From positions 736,001 through 800,000 of the forward strand of contig OZ219858.1 of NCBI GenBank assembly GCA_964291395.2: DNA of 64,000 bases, in the 5' to 3' direction. Within the stretch, counting starts at the first letter, position 1, and each line of letters begins with the position of its first letter. The stretch is from Alphaproteobacteria bacterium (lineage in GTDB: Bacteria; Pseudomonadota; Alphaproteobacteria; UBA2966). Under the pieces are notes generated by a model. The model saw nothing but the letters and a program-made list of their open reading frames with translations. It was not told the DNA's origin and did not search any database. The position numbers and the translations under genes are program-made. Positions 52,282 through 63,608 of this stretch are shown piece after piece.

Positions 52282-53262
52282 TCAGGCGCCGACCGTGAGC
52301 ACCATCTTCCCGGTCGACCTCCGGTCCATCATCAAGGCAAGCGCGTCGCCCGCCCGCTCCAGCGGCATGGTGTGGCTGATGTGGGGCTTGAGCCGGCCCG
52401 CCTCCCACATGTGGACGAGCTCGGTCATGGACTCGCCGATGGCCGAGGGCCGGTGCATGGAGTACGAACCCCAATAAAAACCCATGACCGCGATGTTCTT
52501 GACCAGCAGGATGTTGGTCCGCGCCCGGTTGAAATCGCCGCTGGCGAAGCCGATCACGATGATGCGGCCTTCCCAGTTGACGGACCGCATCGCCGCCTCG
52601 AAGGACTCGCCGCCGACGGGGTCGTAGATCACGTCGGCCCCCTTGCCGCCCGTGATCTCCTTGACCCGCTCGCGGATGTCCTCGTCGCTGTAGTTGACGA
52701 CGTGATCCGCGCCCCGCGCCGCACAGAGGTCAAGCTTCTCCCGTGTCCCGGCGCAGGCGATGACTTGGGCACCCATGATTTTGCCGATCTCCACGGCGGT
52801 GAGGCCGACGCCGCCGGCGGCCCCGAACACCATGAGGGTCTCGCCCGCCTTGAGGCCGGCCCGGTAGCCGAGCGCCATGTGCGACGTCGAATAGGCGACC
52901 GCGAACGATGCCGCCGTTTCGAAATCCATCGCCTCCGGGATCGGGACGACGGCTGCAGCCTTGACCGCAACCCGCTCGGCGAATGCGCCGATGTTCGGTA
53001 TGCCGACGACGCGGTCCCCGATCGAGACGGTGTCGACGCCTGCTCCCAGCTCGGCCACGGTCCCGGCGACCTCGAGACCGGGGATGAACGGGAAGTCGGG
53101 CCTGAGCTGGTAGGTCCCCTGGATGATCAAGGTATCGGCGAAGTTCACCCCGGCCGCCTTGACGTCGATCACCACTTCACCGGCCGCCGGCGAGGGCGGG
53201 TCGGTATCGCCCACGCTCAGTTTCCCCGGTCCACCCCATTCGGTACAGAGAACCGCCTTCAT
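52282..53262 (-). CDS. NADPH:quinone oxidoreductase family (MDR)
   Basis: GVNFAD, PGLE, GAAGGVG, DPVGG, GFASG. Confidence 0.9.
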   Translation of the reverse strand: MKAVLCTEWGGPGKLSVGDTDPPSPAAGEVVIDVKAAGVNFADTLIIQGTYQLRPDFPFIPGLEVAGTVAELGAGVDTVSIGDRVVGIPNIGAFAERVAVKAAAVVPIPEAMDFETAASFAVAYSTSHMALGYRAGLKAGETLMVFGAAGGVGLTAVEIGKIMGAQVIACAGTREKLDLCAARGADHVVNYSDEDIRERVKEITGGKGADVIYDPVGGESFEAAMRSVNWEGRIIVIGFASGDFNRARTNILLVKNIAVMGFYWGSYSMHRPSAIGESMTELVHMWEAGRLKPHISHTMPLERAGDALALMMDRRSTGKMVLTVGA

Positions 53263-53299
53263 TCGCGTCCACCCGTCGCCTTGTCGATCGTCGTCAGCC

Positions 53300-53794
53300 T
53301 CACGCACCTCGCACGAAGGCCGCGAGCTCGTGCCAATACCCCGGCTCCCAGAACCCCCGTGCCGCTCCGGAGGTCGAAGGAAGCACGAAAACCGTACTGC
53401 TGCCAAGCCGCTCGGACTGCCGCCCGTAATCCACGTTCGCCGTATCGAAGAACGACTTGGCCGAACGCTTGCCGTTGAAAGCCAGCGCCGACGGTTCGAG
53501 CTCGAGCATGCGCCGCCGCAGCCGGTCCGGGTCGAAGACGCGCGCGGGCAGCGACGCGTCCGAACCGGACGCCGTCTTGACCACATCCGTCAAACCGATG
53601 CCGTAGTTGATCACTTCCGAGAACTCGCCGGGTTCGAGACGCCGCGGCGTCAGACCGGTCTCGAACAGGATCTCCCAGAACCGGTTTCCGGGGCCCGCGT
53701 AGTACGCCCCTGCCCGGGCGGAGGCGGTTCCCGCCGCGGTGCCGCAGAAGACGACGCCGAGCCCCGGCCGGAGGATGTCGGGAAGGACGCTCAC
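53300..53794 (-). CDS. mug: G/U mismatch-specific DNA glycosylase
   Basis: LPDIL, FCG, YAGPGNRFW, GLTD, LPSTS. Confidence 0.9.
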   Translation of the reverse strand: MSVLPDILRPGLGVVFCGTAAGTASARAGAYYAGPGNRFWEILFETGLTPRRLEPGEFSEVINYGIGLTDVVKTASGSDASLPARVFDPDRLRRRMLELEPSALAFNGKRSAKSFFDTANVDYGRQSERLGSSTVFVLPSTSGAARGFWEPGYWHELAAFVRGA

Positions 53795-53950
53795 GTCGGG
53801 GGTCCGGGCGAGGCGCGGGCGGCGCCCGCGCCTCGGTGAGAGCGTTCGAGGCGTCCATCACGCGGGACTTCAACGGCGACGGGGTTGGTCATCGAACCGC
53901 CGATGTTTACTCTTGGCTCATTGTATCGACAAGTGGAATCGAGGCCGCTC

Positions 53951-54484
53951 ATGCGCGGATATTTTGGCGTGGGTGTGGAGCGGTTGAGCAAGCCCATGAA
54001 CGCCGGCAATCTGTTCCGTTCGGCGCATGCCTTCGGCGCGAGTTTCATCTTCACCGTGGCGTCCCGGCTCTCGCTCGCCGACACGCGGTCCGACACGTCC
54101 GAGGCCTGGAAGCAGCTCCCGTTCTATCGATTCGAGACGGCCGAGACGATGACGCTGCCCAGGGGCTGCGCGGTGGTCGGCATCGAGTTTCTGGACGACG
54201 CGGTCGAACTACCCAGCTTCAGGCACCCGGCGAGGGCCGCCTATGTCCTGGGCCCCGAGCGCGGTTCGCTTTCCGAAGAGCTGCTTGCGCGATGCGATCA
54301 TGTGATCCGCATTCCGACGCAATTCTGCATCAACGTGGGCACGGCCGGCGCCATCGTGATGTACGACCGCCTGCTGACCGCCGGCCGGTTCGCGGAGCGG
54401 CCGGTGACACCGAGCGGCGAACCGACCCCCCTGCCGGACCACGTGCAGGGAGTCCCCGTTATCCGCAGGCCGGAGGCCGGCTGA
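53951..54484 (+). CDS. TrmH/SpoU family RNA methyltransferase
   Basis: MRGYFG, NAGNLFRSAHAFG, LGPERG, INV. Confidence 0.9.
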   Translation: MRGYFGVGVERLSKPMNAGNLFRSAHAFGASFIFTVASRLSLADTRSDTSEAWKQLPFYRFETAETMTLPRGCAVVGIEFLDDAVELPSFRHPARAAYVLGPERGSLSEELLARCDHVIRIPTQFCINVGTAGAIVMYDRLLTAGRFAERPVTPSGEPTPLPDHVQGVPVIRRPEAG

Positions 54485-54550
54485 CTGTCATGATCCGCCG
54501 CCGCATCTCTTGAATGGACAGATATGCGGGCCATGAGTATTTAAGGGAAC

Positions 54551-55069
54551 ATGATTGGAAAGGTTGCGATGGGGGCGCTCGCCGCCCTGCTGGTGGTGGT
54601 GCCGGAGTGGGTTCTTGCCCAAACGCCCAGGGAAATCGGCACCTATCGGGCTTGGCGGGCCTATGTCTATGACGAGGCCAAGGGCAGCAAGGTCTGCTTC
54701 ATGGATTCCGAGCCCGTGGATACCGAACCGAAGAACGTCCGGCGGGGCCAGATCTACACGCTGGTGACCCATCGTCCCGGCGACAAGGTACGCGACGAGG
54801 TCAGCATATTCGTCGGCTACCCCTTCAAGGAAGGCAGCACCGTCAAGGTCACGATCGCCGGCAAGGAATTCACGCTGTTCACGGATGCGGATTCCGCCTG
54901 GAACTACGATGCGCGCGGCGACCGGAACATGGTCAAGGCCATGATCAAAGGCAACGTCATGATCGTGGAAGGCCGGTCCAAGCGGGGGACCCGGACACGG
55001 GACCGGTATTCCCTGGTGGGGTTTACCGCGGCCCACAGGGCGATTTCCAAGGCCTGCGGCGTCAGGTAG
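54551..55069 (+). CDS. Invasion associated locus B (IalB)-like exported protein
   Basis: Signal peptide, KVCF, VTHRP, YSLVGFTAA...C; usual position upstream of rlmN. Confidence 0.8.
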   Translation: MIGKVAMGALAALLVVVPEWVLAQTPREIGTYRAWRAYVYDEAKGSKVCFMDSEPVDTEPKNVRRGQIYTLVTHRPGDKVRDEVSIFVGYPFKEGSTVKVTIAGKEFTLFTDADSAWNYDARGDRNMVKAMIKGNVMIVEGRSKRGTRTRDRYSLVGFTAAHRAISKACGVR

Positions 55070-55136
55070 CCGTCGAGCGAATTGACGGCCGGACCCGCGG
55101 AAGGCGGCAGCGGCAGAATCGGATCGAGGACACCAT

Positions 55137-56273
55137 ATGAGCGTGGCTTTGGAAGCTGCACCCAGCCGGCCCTCGACGACGGACACCACGAACCTCGTCG
55201 GGCTCGATCGGGAAGAACTGCGGGGGGCGCTCGTCGCGGTCGACGTACCCGAACGCGAGCTTCGGATGCGGACATCCCAACTCTGGCATTGGATCTACCA
55301 TCGCGGCATCACCGACTTCGGGGCGATGACCAACGTCTCCAAGCGTTTCCGTGCGGCGCTTTCGGATCGTTGCGGGCTGTCGCGGGGAGATGTCGCCTCG
55401 GAACGGATTTCCTCCGACGGCACCAGGAAATGGCTGGTTCGATTTGCGGACGGAAACGAGGTCGAGACCGTCTATATCCCGGAGGAGGATCGGGGCACGC
55501 TCTGCGTGTCGTCCCAGGTCGGCTGCACGCTCAACTGCCGTTTTTGCCATACGGGAACGCAAAGGCTGGTGCGCAATCTGACGGCGGCCGAAATTGTCTC
55601 TCAGGTCATGATCGCCCGCGATTCGTTGGGAGAATGGCCGAGCCCCAGTCAGGACCGGCTGATCTCCAACATCGTGCTCATGGGCATGGGCGAGCCGCTC
55701 TACAACTACGACAACGTCGCGCGGGCGTTGAACATCGTGATGGATGCCGAAGGCATTTCGATATCGCGCCGACGGATCACTCTGTCGACCGCGGGTGTGG
55801 TGCCGCTGATGTCCCGGGTCGGCGTGGAACTCGGGATCAACCTGGCGGTCTCGCTCCATGCGGTCAGTGACGCAGTGCGTGACGTGCTCGTGCCCCTCAA
55901 TCGCAGATATCCGATCGCCGAGTTGGTGGAGGCGTGCCGGACCTATCCCGGTGCCACCAACTCCCGGCGGATCACGTTCGAGTACGTCATGCTGAAGGGG
56001 ATCAACGACTCCCTCGAGGACGCCAAATCCCTGGTCGACCTGATCTCCGGCATTCCGGCAAAGATCAATCTCATCCCGTTCAATCCGTGGCCCGGCGCGC
56101 CCTACGAGTGCTCCGACCCCAAGACCATCGACCGGTTCGGCGATTTCGTGAACCGGGCCGGCTACGCGTCGCCGGTTCGCGCGCCCCGTGGCCGCGACAT
56201 CATGGCGGCATGCGGCCAGCTCAAATCTGCGAGCGAAAGACGACCCGGAGGCCGGCGCGGGAGAAATCCATGA
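55137..56273 (+). CDS. rlmN: 23S rRNA/tRNA adenine C2-methyltransferase (radical SAM)
   Basis: [27 protein letters not shown]. Confidence 0.97.
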   Translation: MSVALEAAPSRPSTTDTTNLVGLDREELRGALVAVDVPERELRMRTSQLWHWIYHRGITDFGAMTNVSKRFRAALSDRCGLSRGDVASERISSDGTRKWLVRFADGNEVETVYIPEEDRGTLCVSSQVGCTLNCRFCHTGTQRLVRNLTAAEIVSQVMIARDSLGEWPSPSQDRLISNIVLMGMGEPLYNYDNVARALNIVMDAEGISISRRRITLSTAGVVPLMSRVGVELGINLAVSLHAVSDAVRDVLVPLNRRYPIAELVEACRTYPGATNSRRITFEYVMLKGINDSLEDAKSLVDLISGIPAKINLIPFNPWPGAPYECSDPKTIDRFGDFVNRAGYASPVRAPRGRDIMAACGQLKSASERRPGGRRGRNP

Positions 56274-57475
56274 CGACTGACGTGAAGAAGGTTGTGCTCG
56301 CCTACTCGGGCGGGCTCGATACCTCGGTGATCCTCAAATGGCTTCAGCAGACCTACGACTGCGAGGTCGTGACCTTCACGGCCGACATCGGCCAGGGGGA
56401 TGAGCTCGAAGAAGCCCGGGCCAAGGCCGAAATGCTCGGGGTCAAGGAGATCCACATCGAGGACCTGCGCGAGGAATTCGTCCACGATTTCGTCTTCCCC
56501 ATGTTCCGCGCCAACGCGCTCTACGAAGGCCTTTATCTGTTGGGCACGTCGATCGCCCGCCCCCTGATCGCCGAGCGACAGATCGAGATCGCCCGCCAGA
56601 CGGGCGCGGACGCCGTCGCCCACGGAGCCACGGGCAAAGGCAACGACCAAGTGCGTTTCGAGCTTTCCTACTATGCGCTCGAGCCAGACATCCAGGTGAT
56701 CTCGCCGTGGCGCGAATGGGACCTGACCTCCCGGACCGCCCTGATCGCGTTCGCCGAGAAGCACCAGATCCCCATCCCGCGGGACCGGCGGGGCGAGGCG
56801 CCGTTCTCCCGGGACGCGAACCTGCTGCACGTCAGCTCGGAGGGCAAGGCACTGGAAGATCCGGCGGTCGAGGCCGAGGAGCACGTCTACGCGCGCACGG
56901 TATCGCCTGAGGACGCGCCCGACCGGCCGACCATCGTCGAGATCGAATTCGAAGGCGGGGACCCCGTCGCCATCGAGGGCCGGAGACGCTCCCCCGCCGC
57001 GCTGCTGGCCGAACTCAACGCGCTGGGCAGCGCGAACGGCATCGGCCGTCTCGATTTGGTGGAAAACCGCTTCGTCGGTATGAAGAACCGCGGCATCTAC
57101 GAGACGCCGGGCGGGACGATCCTGCTCGCAGCCCGTCGCGGCATGGAAAGCATCACGCTCGACAGGGGCGCGGCCCACCTCAAGGACGAGCTCATGCCGC
57201 GGTACGCAGAGCTCATCTACAACGGCTTCTGGTTCTCGCCGGAACGCGAGATGCTCCAGGCCGCCATCGACAAGAGCCAGGAGCGCGTCTCGGGCAAGGT
57301 GCGCGTCAAGCTCTACAAGGGCAACGTCGGCGTGATCGCCCGGGAGTCGTTCGAATCCCTCTATTCGCTGGATCACGTCACCTTCGAGGACGACGAGGTC
57401 TATGACATGCGGGACGCCGAGGGCTTCATCAAGCTCAACGCGCTGCGCCTGCGGCTTCTAAACAAGCGGGGCTAG
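56270..57475 (+). CDS. argG: Argininosuccinate synthase
   Basis: [34 protein letters not shown]. Confidence 0.97.
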   Translation: MTTDVKKVVLAYSGGLDTSVILKWLQQTYDCEVVTFTADIGQGDELEEARAKAEMLGVKEIHIEDLREEFVHDFVFPMFRANALYEGLYLLGTSIARPLIAERQIEIARQTGADAVAHGATGKGNDQVRFELSYYALEPDIQVISPWREWDLTSRTALIAFAEKHQIPIPRDRRGEAPFSRDANLLHVSSEGKALEDPAVEAEEHVYARTVSPEDAPDRPTIVEIEFEGGDPVAIEGRRRSPAALLAELNALGSANGIGRLDLVENRFVGMKNRGIYETPGGTILLAARRGMESITLDRGAAHLKDELMPRYAELIYNGFWFSPEREMLQAAIDKSQERVSGKVRVKLYKGNVGVIARESFESLYSLDHVTFEDDEVYDMRDAEGFIKLNALRLRLLNKRG

Positions 57476-57542
57476 CTAGAGCGGCCCGGCGGCATCACCG
57501 GGTCCACATCCTTGCCCCTTCCTCCTGCCGGGCGGAAAGAGA

Positions 57543-58574
57543 TCACGTCCAGCCGCGCCGCGCCGCGACGACGATCCCAAAGAGCGTTCGTTCGCAAATC
57601 GTACGGCCGGGCATCCCGGTGGTTTTGCACGACCGTTCGGCGCGAAGCACGACCTGCAACGCCTCCTCGATGCGGGCGGTCGTCCACTTGGCGACCTGCG
57701 CCTTGAAGGCCGCCTTGCTCTTGAAGAACACTGGCGGCCTCAGCGATGACATCGCTTTCTCGACGCTTTCTCCCGCGTCGCCGGCCACCGACACCGCGTG
57801 CAGTCTCTGGAGGTGACGGGCCAGCGCCCGCAAGACCGCGATTTCCTGCTGTCCCGACGCGACACAGCGGTCGTAGGCTCGCGCCAACTCCGCGGGGGCA
57901 CCCGCCGCGGCGGCCACAGCCACGTCCTCCAGGACGTGCTCCGCTTCGTCGCCGATGCAGTCCGCTGCCATTTCCCGCGTCACGGCGCCGTCGCGGTCCA
58001 ACGCGTAGAGAGCGAGCTTGTCCAGCTCCCGGCGGGAGAGGGCGCGGTCGCCGCTCAAGCGCGGCGCCAGATACGCCAGCGCCGATTGTTCGACCTCTTT
58101 TCCGTACCCGCCCAACGTTTCCCGAATCAGGTTCTCCCGCGCGACGTCGTCGTCCAGGTAGCACGGAACCGCGGCGGCCCGGTCCGCGCCCTCGAAAAGG
58201 CGGCGCACTCGGGAGCGAGGCCCGAGGTCCCCCGCCTCGACCACGATGAACGCCTTTTCGAGCGAACGCTCGAAAACCGAGGACATCGCCTCCGCGACGT
58301 TGTCCGAAGCGCCCTGGACCCGGACGAGCCGGATGCCGCCGCCCAACGGAATAGCGGATGCCTCGTCGAACAAACGTCCGGGGGATCCGGCGAGATCCTC
58401 CTCCCTCAACGTCGTCGTGCTGAACGGATCCTCAAGATCGACGCCGCTGGTCCGCGCGAGTGACAACGCGCGCTCGCCGACCAGTCCGGAAGCCGGCCCG
58501 TAGACCAGGAAGGCGAAGATGTCCGGATCGGGATTCCGTGCGAACGACTCAGCGTTTCGAGCGCTGATCTTCAT
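57543..58574 (-). CDS. holA: DNA polymerase III delta subunit
   Basis: LVYG, ELDKLALY, PPVFF; leuS-lptE-holA synteny. Confidence 0.92.
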   Translation of the reverse strand: MKISARNAESFARNPDPDIFAFLVYGPASGLVGERALSLARTSGVDLEDPFSTTTLREEDLAGSPGRLFDEASAIPLGGGIRLVRVQGASDNVAEAMSSVFERSLEKAFIVVEAGDLGPRSRVRRLFEGADRAAAVPCYLDDDVARENLIRETLGGYGKEVEQSALAYLAPRLSGDRALSRRELDKLALYALDRDGAVTREMAADCIGDEAEHVLEDVAVAAAAGAPAELARAYDRCVASGQQEIAVLRALARHLQRLHAVSVAGDAGESVEKAMSSLRPPVFFKSKAAFKAQVAKWTTARIEEALQVVLRAERSCKTTGMPGRTICERTLFGIVVAARRGWT

Positions 58575-58589
58575 GACGTGCCTTCCGAC

Positions 58590-59090
58590 CTACGAGCGGC
58601 CGCCGCGCGCGAGAAAGACCGCCACGCGCGTCTTCAGTTCGTCGCTGATCTCCCTGGCGGCCCGAAGTTCCGCGTCGCGCTCGGCGACCGTGTTCGCGTA
58701 GCCCGAGGAAACGACGTCGTAGGCGGCAATCGATCTCGCCCCGCCCTGCAACACCGTCTCCCCGGTCGAAATCAACGAGAGGTCGTAGTCCGCTTCCACG
58801 GACACGTTGAAGCGCGTCGCCGTATCGTCCCGCGCGATCGCCAGGGGCTCCTTGGACGTGCGCAGGGAGACGGCGAACCTGTACGTTGCCGCGGCCGGCG
58901 CACCTCGGGGCGTCAGGCGATCCAACAGGTGGTTGCGAACGACTTGCCCGAGACGGTCGGGGATGTGGGCGATTTCGATTCCCGCGAGAACCTCGGGCTC
59001 GGCGCCGCCGCCCGGCGCGTGCAGCGGGCGAAACCCGCACGCGGCGAGCGATATCAGCGCCGCCGCGACGGCCGGCCTAAAGAACGACAT
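58590..59090 (-). CDS. lptE: LPS assembly lipoprotein LptE
   Basis: Lipobox LAACGFRPL; synteny. Confidence 0.88.
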   Translation of the reverse strand: MSFFRPAVAAALISLAACGFRPLHAPGGGAEPEVLAGIEIAHIPDRLGQVVRNHLLDRLTPRGAPAAATYRFAVSLRTSKEPLAIARDDTATRFNVSVEADYDLSLISTGETVLQGGARSIAAYDVVSSGYANTVAERDAELRAAREISDELKTRVAVFLARGGRS

Positions 59091-61674
59091 TGACGATTCG
59101 ATTGGGAACCACGATCACCTTCCGCACGGCGCGGTCGCCGATGTTTCGCCGCACGTTGGCATGCGCGAGCGCCGCTTCCCGAACCAGCGTCTCATCGGAA
59201 TCGCGGGCCACCTCGATGGTGCCGCGCAGCTTCCCGCTCACCTGAATGCCGATCGTCACGCTCTCCTCCTCGACCAGCTCGGGATCCGCCGCCGGCCACG
59301 GCGTGTCGGCCAGCAGCGTTTCGTGGCCGAGGCGCCGCCACAGTTCCTCGGCGATATGGGGCATCATGGGCCCGATGAGCTGAACCACGGCCTCGAGAGC
59401 CTCTCGAAGCACGGCAGCGGCCTCGTCGGATCGTTCCGCCCGGCCCGGCGGTGTCCACGATCCCAGGACGTTGACGAACTCGTGAATCCGCGCCACCGCC
59501 TTGTTGAAGCGGAACGCCTCGATATCGTCGCCGACCGCCGCGATCGTACGGTGGGCCGCGCGCCGCAGCTCGCCGTCGGGCCCGTCGGGGACGGCCGGCG
59601 GTCGGCCGGCCCCCGCCTCGCCGGCGTGAACGCTCAATTCCTGCACGAGTCGCCACAGCCGCTGCACGAAGCGCCACGCCCCCGACACGCCGGCATCCGT
59701 CCATTCCAGATCGCGCTCCGGCGGGCTGTCGGAAAGCATGAACCAGCGGGCCGTATCGGCGCCGTAGCGGCCGATGATGGAGCTCGGGTCCACGACGTTC
59801 TTCTTGGACTTGCTCATCGACTCCGAGCGGCCGATCTCGACCGGCAGCCCCGACTCCGCTAGCACCGGCCGGCCGCTCGGGTCCTGTGTCACCTCTTCGG
59901 GATAGCGCCAGTTTCCGTCGCCGTCCCGATAGGTCTCGTGGCAAACCATGCCCTGGGTGAACAGCCCCGAGAAGGGCTCGTCGAATTCGAGATGACCGCA
60001 GCGGCCCATCGCCCGCATGAAAAACCGCGAATACAGCAGGTGGAGAATGGCGTGCTCGATTCCGCCGATGTACTGGTCCACGGGCATCCAGTACCGGATC
60101 GCCGTCTCGTCGACGGGGGCGTCCGCGCGAGGGCTGCAGAAGCGCGCGAAATACCACGACGAGTCCACGAAGGTATCGAGCGTATCCGTCTCGCGCAGAG
60201 ACGGCTTCCCGCAGGCCGGGCAATCCACCCGCCGCCAGGCCATGTGGTCGTCGAGAGGATTCCCGGGTTTGTCGAAAGTGACGTCCTCCGGCAGCAGCAC
60301 GGGCAGGTCTTCCTCGGGCACCGGAACGATTCCGCAGTCGCCGCAGTGGATCATCGGAATCGGGCAACCCCAATACCGCTGCCGGGACGCCCCCCAGTCG
60401 CGCAGGCGGTAGTTGACGGTGCGCCTACCCCGGCCGACGCTCTCGAGCCTTTCGGCGACGGCCTCCTTCGCCGCGTCCACCGAGAGGCCGTCGAGGAACC
60501 GCGAATTGGCGAGAACGACGTTGCGGACGTCCAGGTAGGCCTCGTCGCCGACCCGGAACCGGGCGGCGTCCGCATCCTCGGGAACGACGACCGGCAGCAC
60601 CGGGAGCCCATACTGCCGCGCGAAATCCAAATCCCGTTGATCGTGCGCGGGACAGCCGAAGATGGCCCCCGTCCCGTACTCCATCAGCACGAAATTGGCG
60701 ATATAGACCGGCAGTTCCCTGCCTTCGACGAAGGGGTGCCGAACGCGAAGGCCGGTGTCGTAGCCCTTCTTCTCGGCGGTTTCGATGGCTTCCTCGCTGG
60801 TTCCCATGCGGCGGCATTCCGCGACGAACTCCGCCGCCCCGGGATCGCGGTCGGCCGCTTCCGACGCCAGCGGGTGATCGGCCGACAGGGCCATGAAACT
60901 CGCGCCGAAGATCGTGTCGTGCCGCGTCGTGTAGACGTCGAGGCCGTCGTCCCGTCCGACGATCTCGAAAGACATGGTGAGACCTTCGGAGCGGCCGATC
61001 CAGTTCCGCTGCATGGTCCGCACCTGGGGCGGCCAACGGTCCAGCGACTCCAGCGCCTCCAGAAGATCGTCGGCGAACGCGGTGATTCTGAAGAACCACT
61101 GGCTCAGCTCGCGTTTCTCGACGAGGGCGCCGGATCTCCAGCCCCGGCCTTCGATCACCTGCTCGTTCGCCAGGACCGTGTGGTCCACCGGATCCCAGTT
61201 CACCCACGATTCCCTCTGGTACACGAGATCGGCCTCATACATGTCGAGGAACAGCTTCTGCTGCTGCTCGTAGTAGCCGGGGTGGCAAGTGGCCAACTCA
61301 CGCGACCAATCGAGCGACAGCCCCATCGCCTTGAGCTCGTCGCGCATGTTGGCGATGTTGCCGTACGTCCACGCCGCCGGATGAACCCCCTGGTCCCGGG
61401 CGGCGTTTTCGGCAGGCAGGCCGAAGGCGTCCCAGCCCATGGGGTGCAGGACGCTGAACCCCTTCGCCCGTTTGTACCGCGCGACCACGTCCCCCAGCGT
61501 GTAGTTCCTGACGTGTCCCATGTGAATGCGCCCGGAGGGGTACGGGAACATCTCGAGAACGTAGTATTTCCGCCTGCCGGGATCCTCGCTGGCCTCGAAG
61601 GTGCGGCGCTCGGCCCAGACCCTTTGCCATTTCGCCTCGGTTTCCTGGGCGTCGTATCGGGCGGATGGGTTCAT
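59077..61674 (-). CDS. leuS: Leucine--tRNA ligase
   Basis: [19 protein letters not shown]1 editing GTGA..PAHD. Confidence 0.97.
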   Translation of the reverse strand: MNPSARYDAQETEAKWQRVWAERRTFEASEDPGRRKYYVLEMFPYPSGRIHMGHVRNYTLGDVVARYKRAKGFSVLHPMGWDAFGLPAENAARDQGVHPAAWTYGNIANMRDELKAMGLSLDWSRELATCHPGYYEQQQKLFLDMYEADLVYQRESWVNWDPVDHTVLANEQVIEGRGWRSGALVEKRELSQWFFRITAFADDLLEALESLDRWPPQVRTMQRNWIGRSEGLTMSFEIVGRDDGLDVYTTRHDTIFGASFMALSADHPLASEAADRDPGAAEFVAECRRMGTSEEAIETAEKKGYDTGLRVRHPFVEGRELPVYIANFVLMEYGTGAIFGCPAHDQRDLDFARQYGLPVLPVVVPEDADAARFRVGDEAYLDVRNVVLANSRFLDGLSVDAAKEAVAERLESVGRGRRTVNYRLRDWGASRQRYWGCPIPMIHCGDCGIVPVPEEDLPVLLPEDVTFDKPGNPLDDHMAWRRVDCPACGKPSLRETDTLDTFVDSSWYFARFCSPRADAPVDETAIRYWMPVDQYIGGIEHAILHLLYSRFFMRAMGRCGHLEFDEPFSGLFTQGMVCHETYRDGDGNWRYPEEVTQDPSGRPVLAESGLPVEIGRSESMSKSKKNVVDPSSIIGRYGADTARWFMLSDSPPERDLEWTDAGVSGAWRFVQRLWRLVQELSVHAGEAGAGRPPAVPDGPDGELRRAAHRTIAAVGDDIEAFRFNKAVARIHEFVNVLGSWTPPGRAERSDEAAAVLREALEAVVQLIGPMMPHIAEELWRRLGHETLLADTPWPAADPELVEEESVTIGIQVSGKLRGTIEVARDSDETLVREAALAHANVRRNIGDRAVRKVIVVPNRIVNVVL

Positions 61675-61813
61675 GATGGTGGCAGTTGCGACTCCGGAGC
61701 GCGTTGCGCCGCCTCCCGTTCGCGAGGGGCGGCGCAAACTATCACAGCGGGAAACGGCGGGAAACGGCCGTCCGGCGGGACACCCGGGGGTCGGACTCGT
61801 GGCCCGGCCCCGA

Positions 61814-62371
61814 TCACTCCGGAACGGTCTTCGAGCGCAGCTCGCGCGCCCGCGTGAGAATCGCGTTCTCCAATTCCGTCGCGGTTCCCTGCCCCACTTC
61901 GCCGTCGACCCACCGGTCGCCCGCCGCGAGCCGTTGCCGGAACACGGATACCTTCACGCCGTCCGCGCGCAACTGGCGGTCGAGAATGTAGACCGTCATC
62001 TTGAAGCGCTCGGAAGGCACCTCGGGAGGCGAATACCAGTCGGTGATGATCACGCCGCCGAAGGGGTCCGCGGACGACAGGGGCATGAACGACATGGTGT
62101 CGAGCGAGGCCCGCCACAGGAACGAGTTCACGCCGATGCCCGCGCTGCCTCCCGACCCCCGGGCGTCCGGGTCTCCGACGAAAGGAATCCCGAGGCCGTC
62201 CAGCAGTCCCCCTTCGACATTCCCGAATCGCTCCTTTCTTGGGTCGTATTCGGAGTCGCGGGCGTCCTCGATCTTCAGATCCTGACACCCGGCGGCCAGC
62301 AACAGGACACCGCCGAAGGCGCTGGTTAGCAGAAGCCGCCCGTACCGCGGCCCGAACATCGTCGTGGGCAT
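61814..62371 (-). CDS. DUF3576 lipoprotein
   Basis: AAGC lipobox, [24 protein letters not shown]; upstream of leuS. Confidence 0.9.
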   Translation of the reverse strand: MPTTMFGPRYGRLLLTSAFGGVLLLAAGCQDLKIEDARDSEYDPRKERFGNVEGGLLDGLGIPFVGDPDARGSGGSAGIGVNSFLWRASLDTMSFMPLSSADPFGGVIITDWYSPPEVPSERFKMTVYILDRQLRADGVKVSVFRQRLAAGDRWVDGEVGQGTATELENAILTRARELRSKTVPE

Positions 62372-62533
62372 CTCTCGTTCCCGGATCTCCGCCCGCCGCC
62401 GGGATGGAGTCCCCGGTCGGCATCGGCATGAAACGTCGCTCAGTCGGTTCGCCGGCAGTTTGCGACGGCCGGCCGGAACACGCAACGATGAATCTCCCGA
62501 ACCGTCCCGGCGAGGGGAGTCGGCCGCGCGCCG

Positions 62534-62584
62534 GCGGGACTGAAGCGGGACAAGCCGAGACTAGGCGAGACTAGGCGAGACAAG
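62534..62584 (+). repeat. Five imperfect direct repeats, 10-11 bp period
   Basis: GCGGGACTGA a GCGGGACAAG CCGAGACTAG GCGAGACTAG GCGAGACAAG. Confidence 0.75.
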
Positions 62585-62656
62585 TTGTGTCGCCAGCAAG
62601 TAGATTTGTCCGGTTTTGGTAGCACATCGATTGGCCGCTTCTGTTGAGGTTCCGGT

Positions 62657-62705
62657 CCTGTGGGGAAGTGGTCAGACGCGGAGCGGCTGTCCACTTCCCC
62701 ACAGG
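62657..62705. repeat. Perfect 15-bp inverted repeat (REP/MITE-like hairpin)
   Basis: CCTGTGGGGAAGTGG...CCACTTCCCCACAGG with further internal pairing. Confidence 0.75.
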
Positions 62706-62837
62706 GCGTGGGCGGGTCTCGAACGGTTCGCCATCGGCGTGTGCTAGCGACAGAGAGCAAATCTGGTATTGTGTCGTCTCATGAAGGGCTGTATCTTGCT
62801 TGTCGAGGGGTAATTGCCCCTTTCAGGTGGAGAGGCA

Positions 62838-63437
62838 ATGCCGCTGCTGCGCCCGTCAAATCCGCTCAGCGAATTTGAAGCTGGATTGCTGCGCGAGAAA
62901 ACCTTCGGAATCATCAAGTCCAAGTCCTTCTCAAGGGGCCGGTTCCGGCTGTCCTCCGGAAAAGAGAGCGTCTTCTACCTCGATATGAAGCCGACGATGC
63001 TCGACCCCGAAGGCGCCGACGCTTTGGCGCAAATGGTTTTGGACCGGCTGAAAGATATGAAGGTGGACTGTATCGGCGGCCTCGAAGTCGGAGCCATACC
63101 GATAGTCAGCACGATCGCTATGCTGAGCCAGCAGCAAGGAACGCCGTTGCCCGGCTTTTTCGTGCGGAAGGAACTCAAAGACCACGGTACGAGGCAGCTC
63201 CTGGAGGGCTTGGCAAGCGGTGAAAGTCTGGAAGGCAAGAACGTCGTGATATTGGACGACGTTACCACCAGCGGCCGTTCCTCCATGGCTGCCGTGAAGG
63301 CCGCTCAGGATGAAGGCGCAAGGGTCGTGTTGGTCTTGGCAATCGTCGATCGAGAAGAGGGAGCGGCGGAGTTCTACAGAGACAACGACGTGCCATTTGC
63401 AGCACTATTTACGGCCAGTGAATTCATGGCGGCCTGA
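62838..63437 (+). CDS. pyrE: Orotate phosphoribosyltransferase
   Basis: FRLSSG..S.FYLD, VRKELKDHG, ILDDVTTSG, IVDREEG; RBS GGAGAGG. Confidence 0.9.
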   Translation: MPLLRPSNPLSEFEAGLLREKTFGIIKSKSFSRGRFRLSSGKESVFYLDMKPTMLDPEGADALAQMVLDRLKDMKVDCIGGLEVGAIPIVSTIAMLSQQQGTPLPGFFVRKELKDHGTRQLLEGLASGESLEGKNVVILDDVTTSGRSSMAAVKAAQDEGARVVLVLAIVDREEGAAEFYRDNDVPFAALFTASEFMAA

Positions 63438-63529
63438 CTCTCCGCAATTTGCCAAGACATGCATTGTCTCGACTCTTGTTCGGGCTTGACCGTGTCCTCC
63501 CCTCTCTGACGCCTGAGCGCTACGCCGAC

Positions 63530-63607
63530 GCGCCTCGCTAATCCTTCGCCGCCATCGGGCTGGATGGAGGACTCCCACCTCCAAGCTGTCGATCATGCCC
63601 GGCACAC
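63530..63607 (-). mobile_element. 5' fragment of a class IIC group II intron
   Basis: Minus strand GTGTGCCGGGCATG...GGTGGGAGTCC...TTAGCGAGGCGC matches the IIC 5' end pattern; directly follows a terminator. Confidence 0.65.
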
Positions 63608-63608
63608 T

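Noticed and set aside
59938-61857. 639-aa plus-strand ORF
   Set aside because: Antisense to leuS
62534-62584. Repeats as a CRISPR array
   Set aside because: 10-bp units with no spacers and no cas genes
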